From positions 1-64,000 of the IMG/VR virus record IMGVR_UViG_3300050821_010639: a stretch of DNA of 64,000 nucleotides. The stretch is one strand, 5' to 3'. The translations under genes and the position numbers were made by a program. Positions 45,418 through 55,181 of this stretch are shown here, in pieces. Source of the DNA: a virus. A model generated the notes under the pieces. That model was not told the origin of the DNA. It did no database searches and saw only the letters and a list, made by a program, of their open reading frames with translations. The stretch's first letter is position 1. The number at the start of each line of letters is the position of its first letter.

Positions 45418-45433
45418 CTTGACTCGCGTCAAG
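45418..45433. promoter_or_regulatory. Palindrome CTTGACTCGCGTCAAG
   Basis: Intergenic copy of recurring operator. Confidence 0.65.
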
Positions 45434-45444
45434 TTAAGCGGGGA

Positions 45445-45861
45445 TCACCACACGGCGCTGAACTCGGTGCGGGCCCGGCTGACCGCGGCCTCGCCGACCG
45501 CGATCCGCGATCCGGGGATGTCCCGCGACCCGCTGGCGTTCGTCTCCACCAGCAGCACGCCGCGCCGGCCGAGATTGGTCGACAGCAGCGAGCGGTAAGC
45601 CACGCCGACAGGCAGCTCAAACCGGCCCCGGGTAAACGTCGCCGGGTAGCCGCGCTCGGCCACCACGCCAGTCACCTCCTCGGCGACGCGCCACTTCCGG
45701 CCGTTGCCGAACAGCTCCTGCCACTGGTTGGTCGTGCTCACGCGTGGAACCTCCGCCAGTGCCGCCGGTACGCTCGGGGCGTCCGGAACCGTGTGCCAGC
45801 CGCCCGGCCGACGCGGGGGACACCGCAGGCCGTAACGCCGCCGGGAACCTTTTCGCGCCAC
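45445..45861 (-). CDS. Hypothetical protein
   Basis: ORF; true start probably near 45741. Confidence 0.5.
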   Translation of the reverse strand: MARKGSRRRYGLRCPPRRPGGWHTVPDAPSVPAALAEVPRVSTTNQWQELFGNGRKWRVAEEVTGVVAERGYPATFTRGRFELPVGVAYRSLLSTNLGRRGVLLVETNASGSRDIPGSRIAVGEAAVSRARTEFSAVW

Positions 45862-45917
45862 GGGCAGTAGACGAACGTGCCGCCGCGCACGGGCGGCGGC
45901 GCCGCAACCAGGCTCAC

Positions 45918-46187
45918 TCAGTCCTCCAAGGGGTCCGCCTTCTGGAACCGGGCGACCGATCGCGCCCTGCGGGCCTGGGTATCGTCAATCCGGCGGTCCA
46001 GGTCGGCGCGCTGCTCGCCGGCGCGCTCCTCAGTGGCCCAGCGCTCGTACTCCTGCGCGGGCGCGAGGGCGGCGGCCGGGTCCGCACGGTACAGCGCGGC
46101 CCACTTCGGGCACGTCATGACGTGGAAGACGATCTTCTTCAGCTCGCCCGTCTCCTGGCAGCCGGGGCAGCGGCCCTGCTCCCTCAC
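45918..46187 (-). CDS. Hypothetical protein
   Basis: CPGC...H..C. Confidence 0.55.
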   Translation of the reverse strand: MREQGRCPGCQETGELKKIVFHVMTCPKWAALYRADPAAALAPAQEYERWATEERAGEQRADLDRRIDDTQARRARSVARFQKADPLED

Positions 46188-46486
46188 GACCAGCTGCTCC
46201 CCTGGTCACGCCGACGGGCGATGCCCTCCGCCACGCGAATGCGGCCCATGCGGGCTGCGGCCGGGTCCTTCTGGTTGCACAGGCGGTGCGCTGCGCGCAT
46301 ATTGCCCATCCGGTCGCGCCCGCCCAGAGTCCTCAGCACGATGTGGTCGACGGTGGGGGCCCACTCAGAATCCGTCCCGCGCAGCTTCCGATCGATAGCC
46401 CGGCCGTCCGGGCACAGGCACGTCGGCATCTCGCACTTCCAGCCGTCCCGGCGGTAGACCGCGCTGTGCACATGGCGGTTGCTCAC
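46184..46486 (-). CDS. HNH endonuclease
   Basis: RRDGWKC, TVDHIV....GG.D...N...AHRLCN. Confidence 0.85.
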   Translation of the reverse strand: MSNRHVHSAVYRRDGWKCEMPTCLCPDGRAIDRKLRGTDSEWAPTVDHIVLRTLGGRDRMGNMRAAHRLCNQKDPAAARMGRIRVAEGIARRRDQGSSWS

Positions 46487-46728
46487 GGCTCAGCCCCCGC
46501 CGGGGCCCCGACCAGCCCGGCGGGCATCGGCTGATGCAGCACGAAGTCCGGCCGCCGGCCGCCCCCGATGTCCTCCAGGCGGGCCTTGACGCAGGTCGTC
46601 AGGCCGGCCGGGTCCTCCCACAGCTCGCTCGCAGCGTTCAGCTGCCGGATCGGGATACTGCATCCCCGGCAGTAGGCCGGGAACTCCCGTGTGCCCGGCG
46701 GGTCTTCAGCCCAGGGAAAGATGCTCAT
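46483..46728 (-). CDS. Hypothetical protein
   Basis: 81-aa ORF. Confidence 0.5.
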   Translation of the reverse strand: MSIFPWAEDPPGTREFPAYCRGCSIPIRQLNAASELWEDPAGLTTCVKARLEDIGGGRRPDFVLHQPMPAGLVGAPAGAEP

Positions 46729-46743
46729 GTTCGTTCCTACGCC

Positions 46744-46995
46744 TCAGCACAGCAGGAACGCGAGCGTCAGGCGGCGCTCGCGCTCTTCCCTCACGAAGTC
46801 GATGTGCCGGCACTGCCCGTCGGCCCGTGCCCCGTAACCGTAACCCCGGCAGGTGCACGCCCAGATCCCGTCGGGGAGCAGGGTTACCCGGTACTCGACG
46901 TCGGGGTAGCGGGACGAGGTGACGTAGCCCTCGAACGCTACGTCCAGGACCGCACGGTGCGGGATCGGCTGCCCGGCCAGCACCGAAACCCTCAC
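46744..46995 (-). CDS. SWIM zinc-finger protein
   Basis: WACTCRGY...CRHI; start uncertain. Confidence 0.65.
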   Translation of the reverse strand: MRVSVLAGQPIPHRAVLDVAFEGYVTSSRYPDVEYRVTLLPDGIWACTCRGYGYGARADGQCRHIDFVREERERRLTLAFLLC

Positions 46996-47273
46996 GCGGG
47001 GGAATTCGGGATGACAGGGAACCCGCGGGTGAGCGTCGGGGCGTAAGAGAAGCTGCCACCCCCGACAGATCCCGAGAACTGCCCGACGCCGGGCACGGTG
47101 ACGTGGATGACAGGCGGCTGCGAGGCACGCTCGACGTCCATGCGGTGCACCAGCGTGCGGTAGTGCCTGGCGGTAGCCCGGTCGGGCCACGCCTCCGTCA
47201 TCCACTCGAACCACGGGGCATGGTCATCCAGGGCTACCGGCGCGGCCTTGTCAAGCGGGTCAGGTGCGAGCAT
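46992..47273 (-). CDS. Hypothetical protein
   Basis: 93-aa ORF. Confidence 0.45.
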   Translation of the reverse strand: MLAPDPLDKAAPVALDDHAPWFEWMTEAWPDRATARHYRTLVHRMDVERASQPPVIHVTVPGVGQFSGSVGGGSFSYAPTLTRGFPVIPNSPA

Positions 47274-47282
47274 GCCGCCACC

Positions 47283-47660
47283 TTACTGCGCGGCGGCGAC
47301 ACCAGCCGGGGTCAGCGAAAGAGCCTCCGGGCCGGCGTAGGCGCGGTGCGTCCCCTGCCCCGGCGCCTTACCGGTATCCGGGTTTACCACGAGGCCGTCC
47401 TTGTCCAGGGGGGTGCCCGTCTCGTCGTGCCCGGCGATGGCCGCCCGCTGCACCTCCAGCAGGGCATCGATTTCCGCGGTCGCCACTACGTAGGCCGCCG
47501 GCCGGTCTCCCGCGCCGGGCAACTTGTGCAGCGACTTCAGCTTGTGCTCTTCCGTGCCCATCTGGAACAGCCGCTGGCGCTTGACGCGCAGCCGCGCCGC
47601 GGCGAACGGCAGGCTCTCCCAGCCAGGCAGGTCCGGAACAGGGAACTTTTCCTTAGCCAT
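47283..47660 (-). CDS. Putative HTH DNA-binding protein
   Basis: SLPFAAARLRVKRQRLFQM; AAGGAG RBS. Confidence 0.55.
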   Translation of the reverse strand: MAKEKFPVPDLPGWESLPFAAARLRVKRQRLFQMGTEEHKLKSLHKLPGAGDRPAAYVVATAEIDALLEVQRAAIAGHDETGTPLDKDGLVVNPDTGKAPGQGTHRAYAGPEALSLTPAGVAAAQ

Positions 47661-47696
47661 GTCATTCTCCTTAAGCCCTCCGCTGAGGGCATTGCT

Positions 47697-47757
47697 TGCT
47701 GTCTCAGGTATATAGCTTAACCCGAGTCAAGTCTATTCCGCTAGACCTGAGACAGCA
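47697..47757. promoter_or_regulatory. Operator CTTAACCCGAGTCAAG nested in a 13-bp inverted repeat
   Basis: TGCTGTCTCAGGT...ACCTGAGACAGCA flanking the palindrome at 47716-47731. Confidence 0.5.
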
Positions 47758-48271
47758 CGCGCCCCATGACCGTTTTCGAGACCGCGAGCCACTTACGGCA
47801 GTCCTCTTCCGTCCGTACCGCGTGCAGCAGCCCGAGGCAGCGGGCCATCGCGCCGGACACAGCCTCGTCGTACTGCCGGGACGCCCAGTCCGGGCAGGCC
47901 CGGCCGCAGTACAGGCGCAGCGCGGTCGCCAGGTCGTCCAGCGCGGGCTCTGGCTCACGCCGCGCGTCCTCCCACAAGTGGGCGTAGCCGACCGGCACGT
48001 AGCCGATCTTGCCCAGTGCCCTGATGGCGGCCGGCTCCTCGTCCATGTTCCAGGCCCTGGCCAGCAACCCGACCGGTGAGAAGTACTCCTGCTCGGCGAA
48101 GCACCACCCGTGGTCCGGGTAGACGCGCAGCGCGCCAGCCTCGCCGCAGGACGGGCACGTCACCTTGACCCCGCGCTCACGAGTGCCCGCGCTGGCCGCT
48201 CCGGCCCACGCCATCGCCCTGTCGAACGAGATCCGCTCGTTGGCGATGGCGTACAGCGACTTGACGCTCAT
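47741..48271 (-). CDS. Primase zinc-binding-domain-like protein
   Basis: VTCPSC...VYPDHGWCF, downstream of DnaB; no TOPRIM domain. Confidence 0.6.
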   Translation of the reverse strand: MSVKSLYAIANERISFDRAMAWAGAASAGTRERGVKVTCPSCGEAGALRVYPDHGWCFAEQEYFSPVGLLARAWNMDEEPAAIRALGKIGYVPVGYAHLWEDARREPEPALDDLATALRLYCGRACPDWASRQYDEAVSGAMARCLGLLHAVRTEEDCRKWLAVSKTVMGRVLSQV

Positions 48272-49716
48272 TCGAAGTCGATGGACTCCTCGTCCGGCGG
48301 CAGGTCCTGGTCAGCGAAGTAGCTGGTGGCGTAGTCGGCGGTCAGCCGGAACCGGCCCCCGCGCGCGCCGTTGCGGTTCTTCTCGACCGTGAGGGCCAGC
48401 GGCACGGCCCGGCCCCGGGAGGTGTCCTCCTCGGAGAGGGACAGGGAGATAACCGTCGCCGCCGTCTTGCCCGCCTCCGAGGACTGCGACATGTGCTGGT
48501 CGATCGAGAACCCGCCGCCCCCGCCGCGCAGGGCCTGCGAGCCGCCCTGGTTAGCCTGCCAGGGCGACACGAGGGGAACCCCCCGGCCGTGGAACGCCGT
48601 CTGGGCCCAGCGGTGCGCGCTCTTGACGATGCCGGACTGGTTCTCGTGCTCCCTGGAGTCGCGGCTGCGCTGCTGGGGGTCGCACAGCTGCAGGTAGTCG
48701 AACACCATCAAGTCGGGCACCAGGCGCCGGGCCATCGCCTCGGCCCGGCCGGAGAAGACCGGGACCGTGCAGTGCTCGGGCATCTGCACAACCTGGAGTT
48801 CGCCGTACCCGCCGGCCTTCAGGTCAGCGGTGACGGCGGCCAGGGCCCGCTCCTCTTCCTCGCTGAGCCAGCCGGAGGAGATCTTCAGGCTGTCGATCCC
48901 GCGGGCGAGGCCGAACTTGGGGTGGCGCGAGTGCCGGGCCACCAGCTTGACGCGCACCTCGTCGCGGTGCTGCTCAGTGGTGAAGACCAGGACGTTGCGC
49001 CCCTCCATGACCGCGTTGTGCCAGGCGAGCTGCACGCACAGGCTGGACTTGCCCACCGTCGTGCCGGCCACGACCAGCGAGAGCCCCTTGCCGAGGCCGC
49101 CGCCCAGGTAGCGGTCCACGTCCGGCAGGCCGAACTGGATGCCGGCCGGCTTGCCGGAGCGGCGCATCTCCTTCGCGCGGGCGTAGGCGGCCAGCACCTC
49201 GTCGCCCTCGGCGGTGACATTCCCTTCCGGGGTGTCGGACGTGCTGGCGAGCTGCTCAGCCTCGGCCAGGGCCACCTGAACGAACTCGCGCGCGTCGGCG
49301 TGCCCCGCCAGCTCCCGGCCGTCTTCCCCCCGCAGCCCCTCGCGGACAATCTGCATGCCGGTGGCCAGCGCGTCGCCGGTGGCCCGCTCGGCTGCCAGCT
49401 CGCGCAGCTGGTCGACGGAGTGCCGGAACTCGTGCAGCTCGGGCAGGACCGCAGCCAGCGCGTCGTAGGCCTCCTCGTACATCTGCACGGTACCGGGCTT
49501 CCGGCCGCGCAGCAGGTCGCTCAGCGCGTCACGGCTCATGACACCGCCGGTCTGGCCGGCGTACCGCGTCAGCAGCAGGAACAGGGCCCGCTGCACCGGG
49601 TCGGTGAAGTGCTCGCCGCCGACCCGGGCCGACACGTAGTCCAGCGCCCGGACCGACCTGCCGCCCGCCAGGACGGCCGACAGCACCACCTTGCCGTGAG
49701 CTACCGCGTCAGCCAT
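48268..49716 (-). CDS. dnaB: DnaB-like replicative helicase
   Basis: AGTTVGKS, FTTE, FDYLQL, PWQAN, EKNRNG. Confidence 0.85.
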   Translation of the reverse strand: MADAVAHGKVVLSAVLAGGRSVRALDYVSARVGGEHFTDPVQRALFLLLTRYAGQTGGVMSRDALSDLLRGRKPGTVQMYEEAYDALAAVLPELHEFRHSVDQLRELAAERATGDALATGMQIVREGLRGEDGRELAGHADAREFVQVALAEAEQLASTSDTPEGNVTAEGDEVLAAYARAKEMRRSGKPAGIQFGLPDVDRYLGGGLGKGLSLVVAGTTVGKSSLCVQLAWHNAVMEGRNVLVFTTEQHRDEVRVKLVARHSRHPKFGLARGIDSLKISSGWLSEEEERALAAVTADLKAGGYGELQVVQMPEHCTVPVFSGRAEAMARRLVPDLMVFDYLQLCDPQQRSRDSREHENQSGIVKSAHRWAQTAFHGRGVPLVSPWQANQGGSQALRGGGGGFSIDQHMSQSSEAGKTAATVISLSLSEEDTSRGRAVPLALTVEKNRNGARGGRFRLTADYATSYFADQDLPPDEESIDFE

Positions 49717-50372
49717 AACGCCGCCTCCCTGCTCAGGTAGGCGGCGGCGTGCGCGGCAACGTAGGCGGTCATGTAAGCAGGCGCGGCCTCGGTCAGCATC
49801 TCGCGCGGCACGTGCCGACTGACGCCCATCAGCTCGCGGGCCATCCCGATCGGGGCGACGTGCCCCGCGATCGACATGACGGTGCCCGGCTCCCAGTGGC
49901 CGGCCTTGCTGGCCCGCTTCACGTGCTCCGGGTGGCCAAGCGGCGGGATAGCCAGGCCGTTACCCGTCTCAAACCCGCGGTGGCGGTACAGCTCCTTGCC
50001 GAACATCAGGCCGCACAGCCAGGTGGGGCCGATAAGCGGAGCGCCCTCCACGTTCTCGATGACATAGGGCACACTGGACTCGATGAGCACCGGCCGCAGC
50101 GGCTCGATGAGGTCGATGTACTCGTCACGCAAGCCGGGGCGGCACGACATCATCTTGCTCCACGGCTGGCACGGCCCCCCGAGGTGCACCATGTCGAACT
50201 CGCGCAGGTCGTCAGCCGTCAGCGCCAGCGCGTCGCCAAGGCGGAAGTCGTACGGGTAGAACTTCCCGACCTTAGGGTCGTTGTCGATACCGGTGACGTC
50301 CAGGTAGTTGGCGTAGCCGTCGGAGGAGATGCCGGCTCCGCAGCCGATGTCCAGGACCCGCCTGCGGCCCAT
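49701..50372 (-). CDS. DNA cytosine methyltransferase (short phage type)
   Basis: LDIGCGAG, GPCQ, IENV, LCGLMFG..LYRHR.FE. Confidence 0.8.
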   Translation of the reverse strand: MGRRRVLDIGCGAGISSDGYANYLDVTGIDNDPKVGKFYPYDFRLGDALALTADDLREFDMVHLGGPCQPWSKMMSCRPGLRDEYIDLIEPLRPVLIESSVPYVIENVEGAPLIGPTWLCGLMFGKELYRHRGFETGNGLAIPPLGHPEHVKRASKAGHWEPGTVMSIAGHVAPIGMARELMGVSRHVPREMLTEAAPAYMTAYVAAHAAAYLSREAALWLTR

Positions 50373-50914
50373 AACTCCGCCAGGCGGAAGGCCCTGACGT
50401 TGGAGCCGGGCTCGAACGCGACCCGGTTACCGGCTATCCCGGTGATGATGACCTTCATGCCTACTGCTACGTCCGGTACCCCGGCGACCGTCTCGTACCT
50501 GAGCACGTGCTCAACCGCAGCCACCCGGAACGACGTCCCGTCGACCGCCACCATGTCGCCTTGCTCCACGTCGTCAGCCCGGCAAGTGGTCCAGTCGCGC
50601 CCGTGCCGGTCCAGGTCGAACCGCGGGCGCCGGAACGGCGCGGGGATAACGCGCCTGGTCGCCGGCGCCCTCGGCAGGTGCTCGCCGTCGAAGGCGGTGC
50701 GCCGCGCGGCCTCGGCCTTGGTGATGGCCACCAGGTCCTCAGCGTGCACCGGCGCGGCAGCGGCGGCGGTCTGCGCGTCCACCTGCTCAAGGGCGGCATC
50801 AGACATGAACGCCTCGATAGGCGGGGCGTCCTTCAGCTTCCCGGCCCGGTAGGCGTCAACGTCACGCCCCAGGGACTCGGGGATCTCCAGGATATGGGCC
50901 GGCTTGTCCGCCAT
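50219..50914 (-). CDS. Hypothetical protein
   Basis: MADKPAHILEI...; 3' end overlaps the methyltransferase. Confidence 0.5.
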   Translation of the reverse strand: MADKPAHILEIPESLGRDVDAYRAGKLKDAPPIEAFMSDAALEQVDAQTAAAAAPVHAEDLVAITKAEAARRTAFDGEHLPRAPATRRVIPAPFRRPRFDLDRHGRDWTTCRADDVEQGDMVAVDGTSFRVAAVEHVLRYETVAGVPDVAVGMKVIITGIAGNRVAFEPGSNVRAFRLAELWAAGGSWTSAAEPASPPTATPTTWTSPVSTTTLRSGSSTRTTSALATRWR

Positions 50915-51332
50915 GTGTCCTCCCGTGCTCGGCGAGGCGATCGGCGGTAACGACGAAGCGCCCGGCCCTGGTGCGGACGGCCAGCCCGCACCCAGCTCCG
51001 GAGCACTTCCCCTCTTTCCATATGAACGCGAACCGGCCGACCGCAGCAACGACCCTAGCGCCCTCACAGCCCGCGTGCGAGGCCAGCGGCGGGCCCCAGG
51101 TGGACACCACCCCGCACCGGCAGGCCCAGTACTCCGGGCTCGGCTCGCAGGTCTCCCGCAGCGTGATGCCGATGCTGGCCCCGCCCGCGGCCGGGCACTC
51201 GTGACGCACGACGCGCCAGAGCGGCAGCACGAACACGCCCGGCGGGTCCAGCTTGTTCAGGGCGTCGAGCAGCGCCTGCCGGGCGCTGCGGAACGCGCGC
51301 CCGGCCTGCTTCTCCTCAGCTGTCAGCGGCAT
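50862..51332 (-). CDS. Cys-rich hypothetical protein
   Basis: 156-aa ORF. Confidence 0.5.
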   Translation of the reverse strand: MPLTAEEKQAGRAFRSARQALLDALNKLDPPGVFVLPLWRVVRHECPAAGGASIGITLRETCEPSPEYWACRCGVVSTWGPPLASHAGCEGARVVAAVGRFAFIWKEGKCSGAGCGLAVRTRAGRFVVTADRLAEHGRTHGGQAGPYPGDPRVPGA

Positions 51333-51334
51333 CG

Positions 51335-51679
51335 TCAGTTGAACAGACGGTCCTTGACACCTTCGATGTAGTCCGCAGCCGCGACCGCCGCGCTCGACCC
51401 GAGCAGGCTGCCGGCCCGCTCGGGTTCCGTCAGGAAGCCGGAGGGCTCCTCGTTCTCGCTGTCCGCCTCCCCGGTCAGCGGCACCACCTTGAGGATGTCC
51501 AGGTCAGCCTCCTGGTGGTCGAACTCGCGCTTAAGGCTGTCGATGTAAGCCTCAGCATCTTCCCGCGACGTCCAGGTCAGCGGGGAGCCCTGCCCGTGCT
51601 CATCGCGCCGGTACTCCAGCTCGTAAGTCAGGGGATTCGAGCAGACCTCAACCTCTACCGCCCACAGCTCGTACCTCAT
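51335..51679 (-). CDS. Acidic hypothetical protein
   Basis: 114-aa ORF. Confidence 0.55.
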   Translation of the reverse strand: MRYELWAVEVEVCSNPLTYELEYRRDEHGQGSPLTWTSREDAEAYIDSLKREFDHQEADLDILKVVPLTGEADSENEEPSGFLTEPERAGSLLGSSAAVAAADYIEGVKDRLFN

Positions 51680-52404
51680 GCGACCACCTTCAGCATCTCA
51701 GCGTGACACTCCAGTATCACGACCTGGTGAAGCCGTGCGGCCTCATCTGGTGTTACGCCGGCGTAGGGGGCCAGCTCGGGCAGGGTCATTCCGTGGTAAT
51801 AGCGGAGCACCAGAATCACCCGCTCGCGGGCGCTCAGGCGGCCGATCGCCCCGGACATGGCGGCCAGCACCTGCGACACCACGGCCTGGCCCTCCACGTC
51901 GTCAGTCCCGGCCACGTCGTAGGGCTCGGCGTCCATGCTCACCGGGCGGGCGGAGACAGCGGCGGCGGTGGCGCGCACCTCGTCAATGCCCATCCCGGTG
52001 GCCTTCGCCAGCTCAGCGTCGGACAGCCCGCGGTCCTGCCCGGCCTCGCGCAGCATCTTCGCCTTGGTGCGGGCGCTGCGCGTCACCCAGTCCTGGCTGC
52101 GCAGGTAGTCGAGCATCGAGCCGCGCATCCGCCGCAGGGCGTAGGCGTAGAAGTACTCGAACCGCGACGGGTCGTGGCCGTGCTTGGCGCAGTAGGCAGG
52201 CCAGCGCGCCGCGGCGGCGGCCAGGCCCGACAGGGCGAGCGCCTCCAGTTCGTCTAGCTCCAGGGCGTGCGGGGCTCGCTGCCACACCCGGTAGGCCTCC
52301 GACCGGGCCGCCGGGAAGATTTCAGCGGTCAGCTCACCGATCCGCGCCCGGACCTCCTCCTCAGTCACCGAGCTGCCGCTGCGCTTGCCGGCTGGCCGGG
52401 TCAA
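51676..52404 (-). CDS. FliA/WhiG-like sigma-70 factor
   Basis: YALRRMRGSMLDYLRSQDWVTRSAR; LSARERVILVLRYYHGMTLPELA. Confidence 0.85.
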   Translation of the reverse strand: MTRPAGKRSGSSVTEEEVRARIGELTAEIFPAARSEAYRVWQRAPHALELDELEALALSGLAAAAARWPAYCAKHGHDPSRFEYFYAYALRRMRGSMLDYLRSQDWVTRSARTKAKMLREAGQDRGLSDAELAKATGMGIDEVRATAAAVSARPVSMDAEPYDVAGTDDVEGQAVVSQVLAAMSGAIGRLSARERVILVLRYYHGMTLPELAPYAGVTPDEAARLHQVVILECHAEMLKVVA

Positions 52405-52564
52405 CCTCGTCCTGCTCGATTTCCTGCCGGGCCGGGCGGATGATCTCGTCAGTGACGGCGAGCGGGATACCGCAGTGATTTGCGACCTGCTCGTCTGTCC
52501 AGTCCCGGTGAGCGCGCAGCGCCTTCTTGGCTGCCAGGAACCATTCGACCCTCGTTGATGCCAT
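52361..52564 (-). CDS. Small hypothetical protein
   Basis: MASTRVEWF... HTH-like. Confidence 0.45.
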   Translation of the reverse strand: MASTRVEWFLAAKKALRAHRDWTDEQVANHCGIPLAVTDEIIRPARQEIEQDEVDPASRQAQRQLGD

Positions 52565-52641
52565 GCCCCGCGTGATCGTCACGCATCACCGACGGCGCGG
52601 GCCCGCTACGATGACGGTCACAATCTGACCAAGGGGGAGCA

Positions 52642-53025
52642 GTGGCGAAGATGAGCAGCACGGACCTGATGGACGCCTTCAGGGAGATGACCGTGCTGGA
52701 GCTGGCGGAGTTCGTGAAGGACTTCGAGAGCACGTTCGGGGTCACCGCCGCCGTGTCGGTCAACGGCACGCCGCCCGCCGTCAACGACACGCCAGCGGGG
52801 GAAGAAGACGAGCAGACGGAGTTCGATGTCGTCCTCACCTCCGCCGGGAGCAAGAAGATCCAGGTCATCAAGGAAGTCCGGGTCCTCACGAGGCTGGGCC
52901 TGAAGGAAGCCAAAGACCTGGTAGAGCACACGCCGGCTACCGTGCTGGAGCACGTCGACCGGGCAACCGCCGACAAGGCCGCGGACCTGCTCGAAGCCGC
53001 CGGGGCCGCGTTCGACGTCCGCTAG
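52642..53025 (+). CDS. rplL: 50S ribosomal protein L7/L12
   Basis: [50 protein letters not shown]. Confidence 0.95.
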   Translation: MAKMSSTDLMDAFREMTVLELAEFVKDFESTFGVTAAVSVNGTPPAVNDTPAGEEDEQTEFDVVLTSAGSKKIQVIKEVRVLTRLGLKEAKDLVEHTPATVLEHVDRATADKAADLLEAAGAAFDVR

Positions 53026-54716
53026 AACTTCCCGTAAGCGACCAGGCGCATGATCTCGCGCGGACTCAGCGTAGTGAACAGGCTCTGCTTCTCGTCCCAC
53101 ACCACGTCGGCGATCTCACCCTCCTGCCGCAGCATCGGCAGGTAGGCATCCTCCTGGGTACCCCGGGCCAGCAGGTGGTGCGCGTACACCGTCGGGAACT
53201 GGCTGCCCACCCGCGCGCACCGGCCGACGATCTGGCTCATCCGCGCCGGGTTGAGGATGGTGTCCACCAGGGCCACGTGACGGGACACCTGCAGATTGAG
53301 GCTCGCCTCGATCGTGGTGGTACCGACCAGCACCCGGCACTCCGGGTCCTCACGGAACCGCGCCAGCCGACGGGCGCGCTCGCGCTGGTCGGTCTCGCCG
53401 CTCCACATCAGCACCCCGTCGATGCCCTCGGCCTTCAGCCGCTGCGCGAGCGCGGCCACGTTCTTCCTGAAGTAGACGAAGCAGACCGCCTTCTCGTCAG
53501 CGATGTCGCCGGTGAGCAGGTTCATCAGCCAGTCGAACTTGCACGAGTCGTCAGCCCCCGGCCCCTCGTCAAGGGCCGCCAGGCCGCTGCAGATCTGCCA
53601 GCCGTAGTTGAACGCGGCGGCAGCCTCGGCCTTGGACACCACCTCGCCGGTCTCCTTCAGCCGCCGCAGCGTCCCACGGCGCAGCTCCTCGTACCGCGTC
53701 CGCTGGCGCGGGTTCAGGTCAAGGAACACCGGGTTGTACTGGACCGCCGGCATGGCCACGTCGCCGTCGATGTCCTTGGCGGTGCGGCGCAGCACCAGGG
53801 GGCGGATCTTCGCGCGGAACTCGGCGGCCTTCCTCGGGTTGGTGGTGATCCCGCCGCCGCTGCCCAGCTGAACCTTCTTGCGGACCCGGCGTCGTCCAGT
53901 AGGGTCGCTCCGGTCCCGGGTGAGGATGGTCTTGGAGGACGGCCCCGAGTACTTCGCCTCGAAGAAGTCGAGCGACCCGAGCGCGGCCCGGCCGCCGACC
54001 GGCTGCAGGAAGCACCACAGCTCCTTCAGCTGCTTCTGCGTCGGCGTGGCGTGCGCCCCGTGGACCCTCTTGCACTGGGCGGCGAGCCGGTTGATGGCGA
54101 TGCTGGTCTCGGTGAGGTGGTTGCGCAGCGCGTCAAGATCGTCGTAGATCAAGATCCCGACCGGGAAGCTCTCCAGCAGGGCGACGTCACCCTCACGGGA
54201 CTGCTTGGACCCGTGCGCGCCGGCGAACGTGCGGTCGCTCACCACCGCGATTTCCCAGTTGCCCATGTAGCCGCGCAGGCGCTGGTCCTTGTCGCCGTCG
54301 GCCACGAAGACGGAGATCCCCGGTAGCAGGCGCTTCAGCTCGTTGCCCCAGGGGTCCCAGACCGCAGCCGCCCGGCAGACGATGACCGCCCGGTTGTGCA
54401 GCCCCAGCTCCCCGTTCTGCTTGCACATCGCCAGCATGGCGCATATCTGCGCGGTCTTGCCCGACCCCATCGTGTCGCTCAGCAGGTCAGGCAGGCCCAG
54501 GTACATCCACGAGGCCCCGATCCGCTGGTGCTTGCGCAGCCTGATGCCGCACCGGCGGCACAGGATGTTCAGGCTCTCGTGGCGGTCGCACGGCTCGGAG
54601 TTGAACCAGTCCAGCCCGGGGAAGGGCTGGATGTCCTCCAGACGGCGGATGCGCTCCGCGTACTTGCGACGGTCGTCACGGGACATCAAGGCAGCATCGG
54701 GCAGGGCCAGTGTCAT
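53022..54716 (-). CDS. SNF2-like SF2 helicase
   Basis: [37 protein letters not shown]; Walker B reads YDDLD. Confidence 0.8.
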   Translation of the reverse strand: MTLALPDAALMSRDDRRKYAERIRRLEDIQPFPGLDWFNSEPCDRHESLNILCRRCGIRLRKHQRIGASWMYLGLPDLLSDTMGSGKTAQICAMLAMCKQNGELGLHNRAVIVCRAAAVWDPWGNELKRLLPGISVFVADGDKDQRLRGYMGNWEIAVVSDRTFAGAHGSKQSREGDVALLESFPVGILIYDDLDALRNHLTETSIAINRLAAQCKRVHGAHATPTQKQLKELWCFLQPVGGRAALGSLDFFEAKYSGPSSKTILTRDRSDPTGRRRVRKKVQLGSGGGITTNPRKAAEFRAKIRPLVLRRTAKDIDGDVAMPAVQYNPVFLDLNPRQRTRYEELRRGTLRRLKETGEVVSKAEAAAAFNYGWQICSGLAALDEGPGADDSCKFDWLMNLLTGDIADEKAVCFVYFRKNVAALAQRLKAEGIDGVLMWSGETDQRERARRLARFREDPECRVLVGTTTIEASLNLQVSRHVALVDTILNPARMSQIVGRCARVGSQFPTVYAHHLLARGTQEDAYLPMLRQEGEIADVVWDEKQSLFTTLSPREIMRLVAYGKF

Positions 54717-54724
54717 GCCTGTTG

Positions 54725-55168
54725 CTACGCCGCCGGGGGAGCCACCTTCGCCTCCAGGGCCGTCAGCCGGTCCAGGACCTCGGTCAGGCCGCCCTCGGTC
54801 CTGGTGTCCAGCCGATCGATGATGACCTCGGTGTCCTCGAACGTCTTCGCGGCGCGGGCGTCGGACGCCACGGCCTGCAGATTCTGGCCGACCATGATGA
54901 CGGAAAGCAAGACCAGCTGCAAGAAGAACGAGGCGACCCACTGGACGATCCCGTACAGCCCCTGGTGAATGGCGGTCGGCAGGGCCAGGCAGTCGAACAC
55001 CGCGAACAGGTAGGCGCAGTACATGGTCCCGACTACACGGGTCGTCCACACCGCCAGCCACGCGTTGAAGCGCTCGACCGCGTTACGCCGGGGCAGGTGG
55101 TCGCGCACGTGCAGGTGCACAGGCAGGTCGCCGTGCCGGGTGCGGCCGAAATGCGGCTGGTCGCTCAT
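54725..55168 (-). CDS. DUF1003-like membrane protein
   Basis: VGTMYCAY, FLQLVLLSVIMVGQN. Confidence 0.7.
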   Translation of the reverse strand: MSDQPHFGRTRHGDLPVHLHVRDHLPRRNAVERFNAWLAVWTTRVVGTMYCAYLFAVFDCLALPTAIHQGLYGIVQWVASFFLQLVLLSVIMVGQNLQAVASDARAAKTFEDTEVIIDRLDTRTEGGLTEVLDRLTALEAKVAPPAA

Positions 55169-55181
55169 GCCCCTGCGATCG

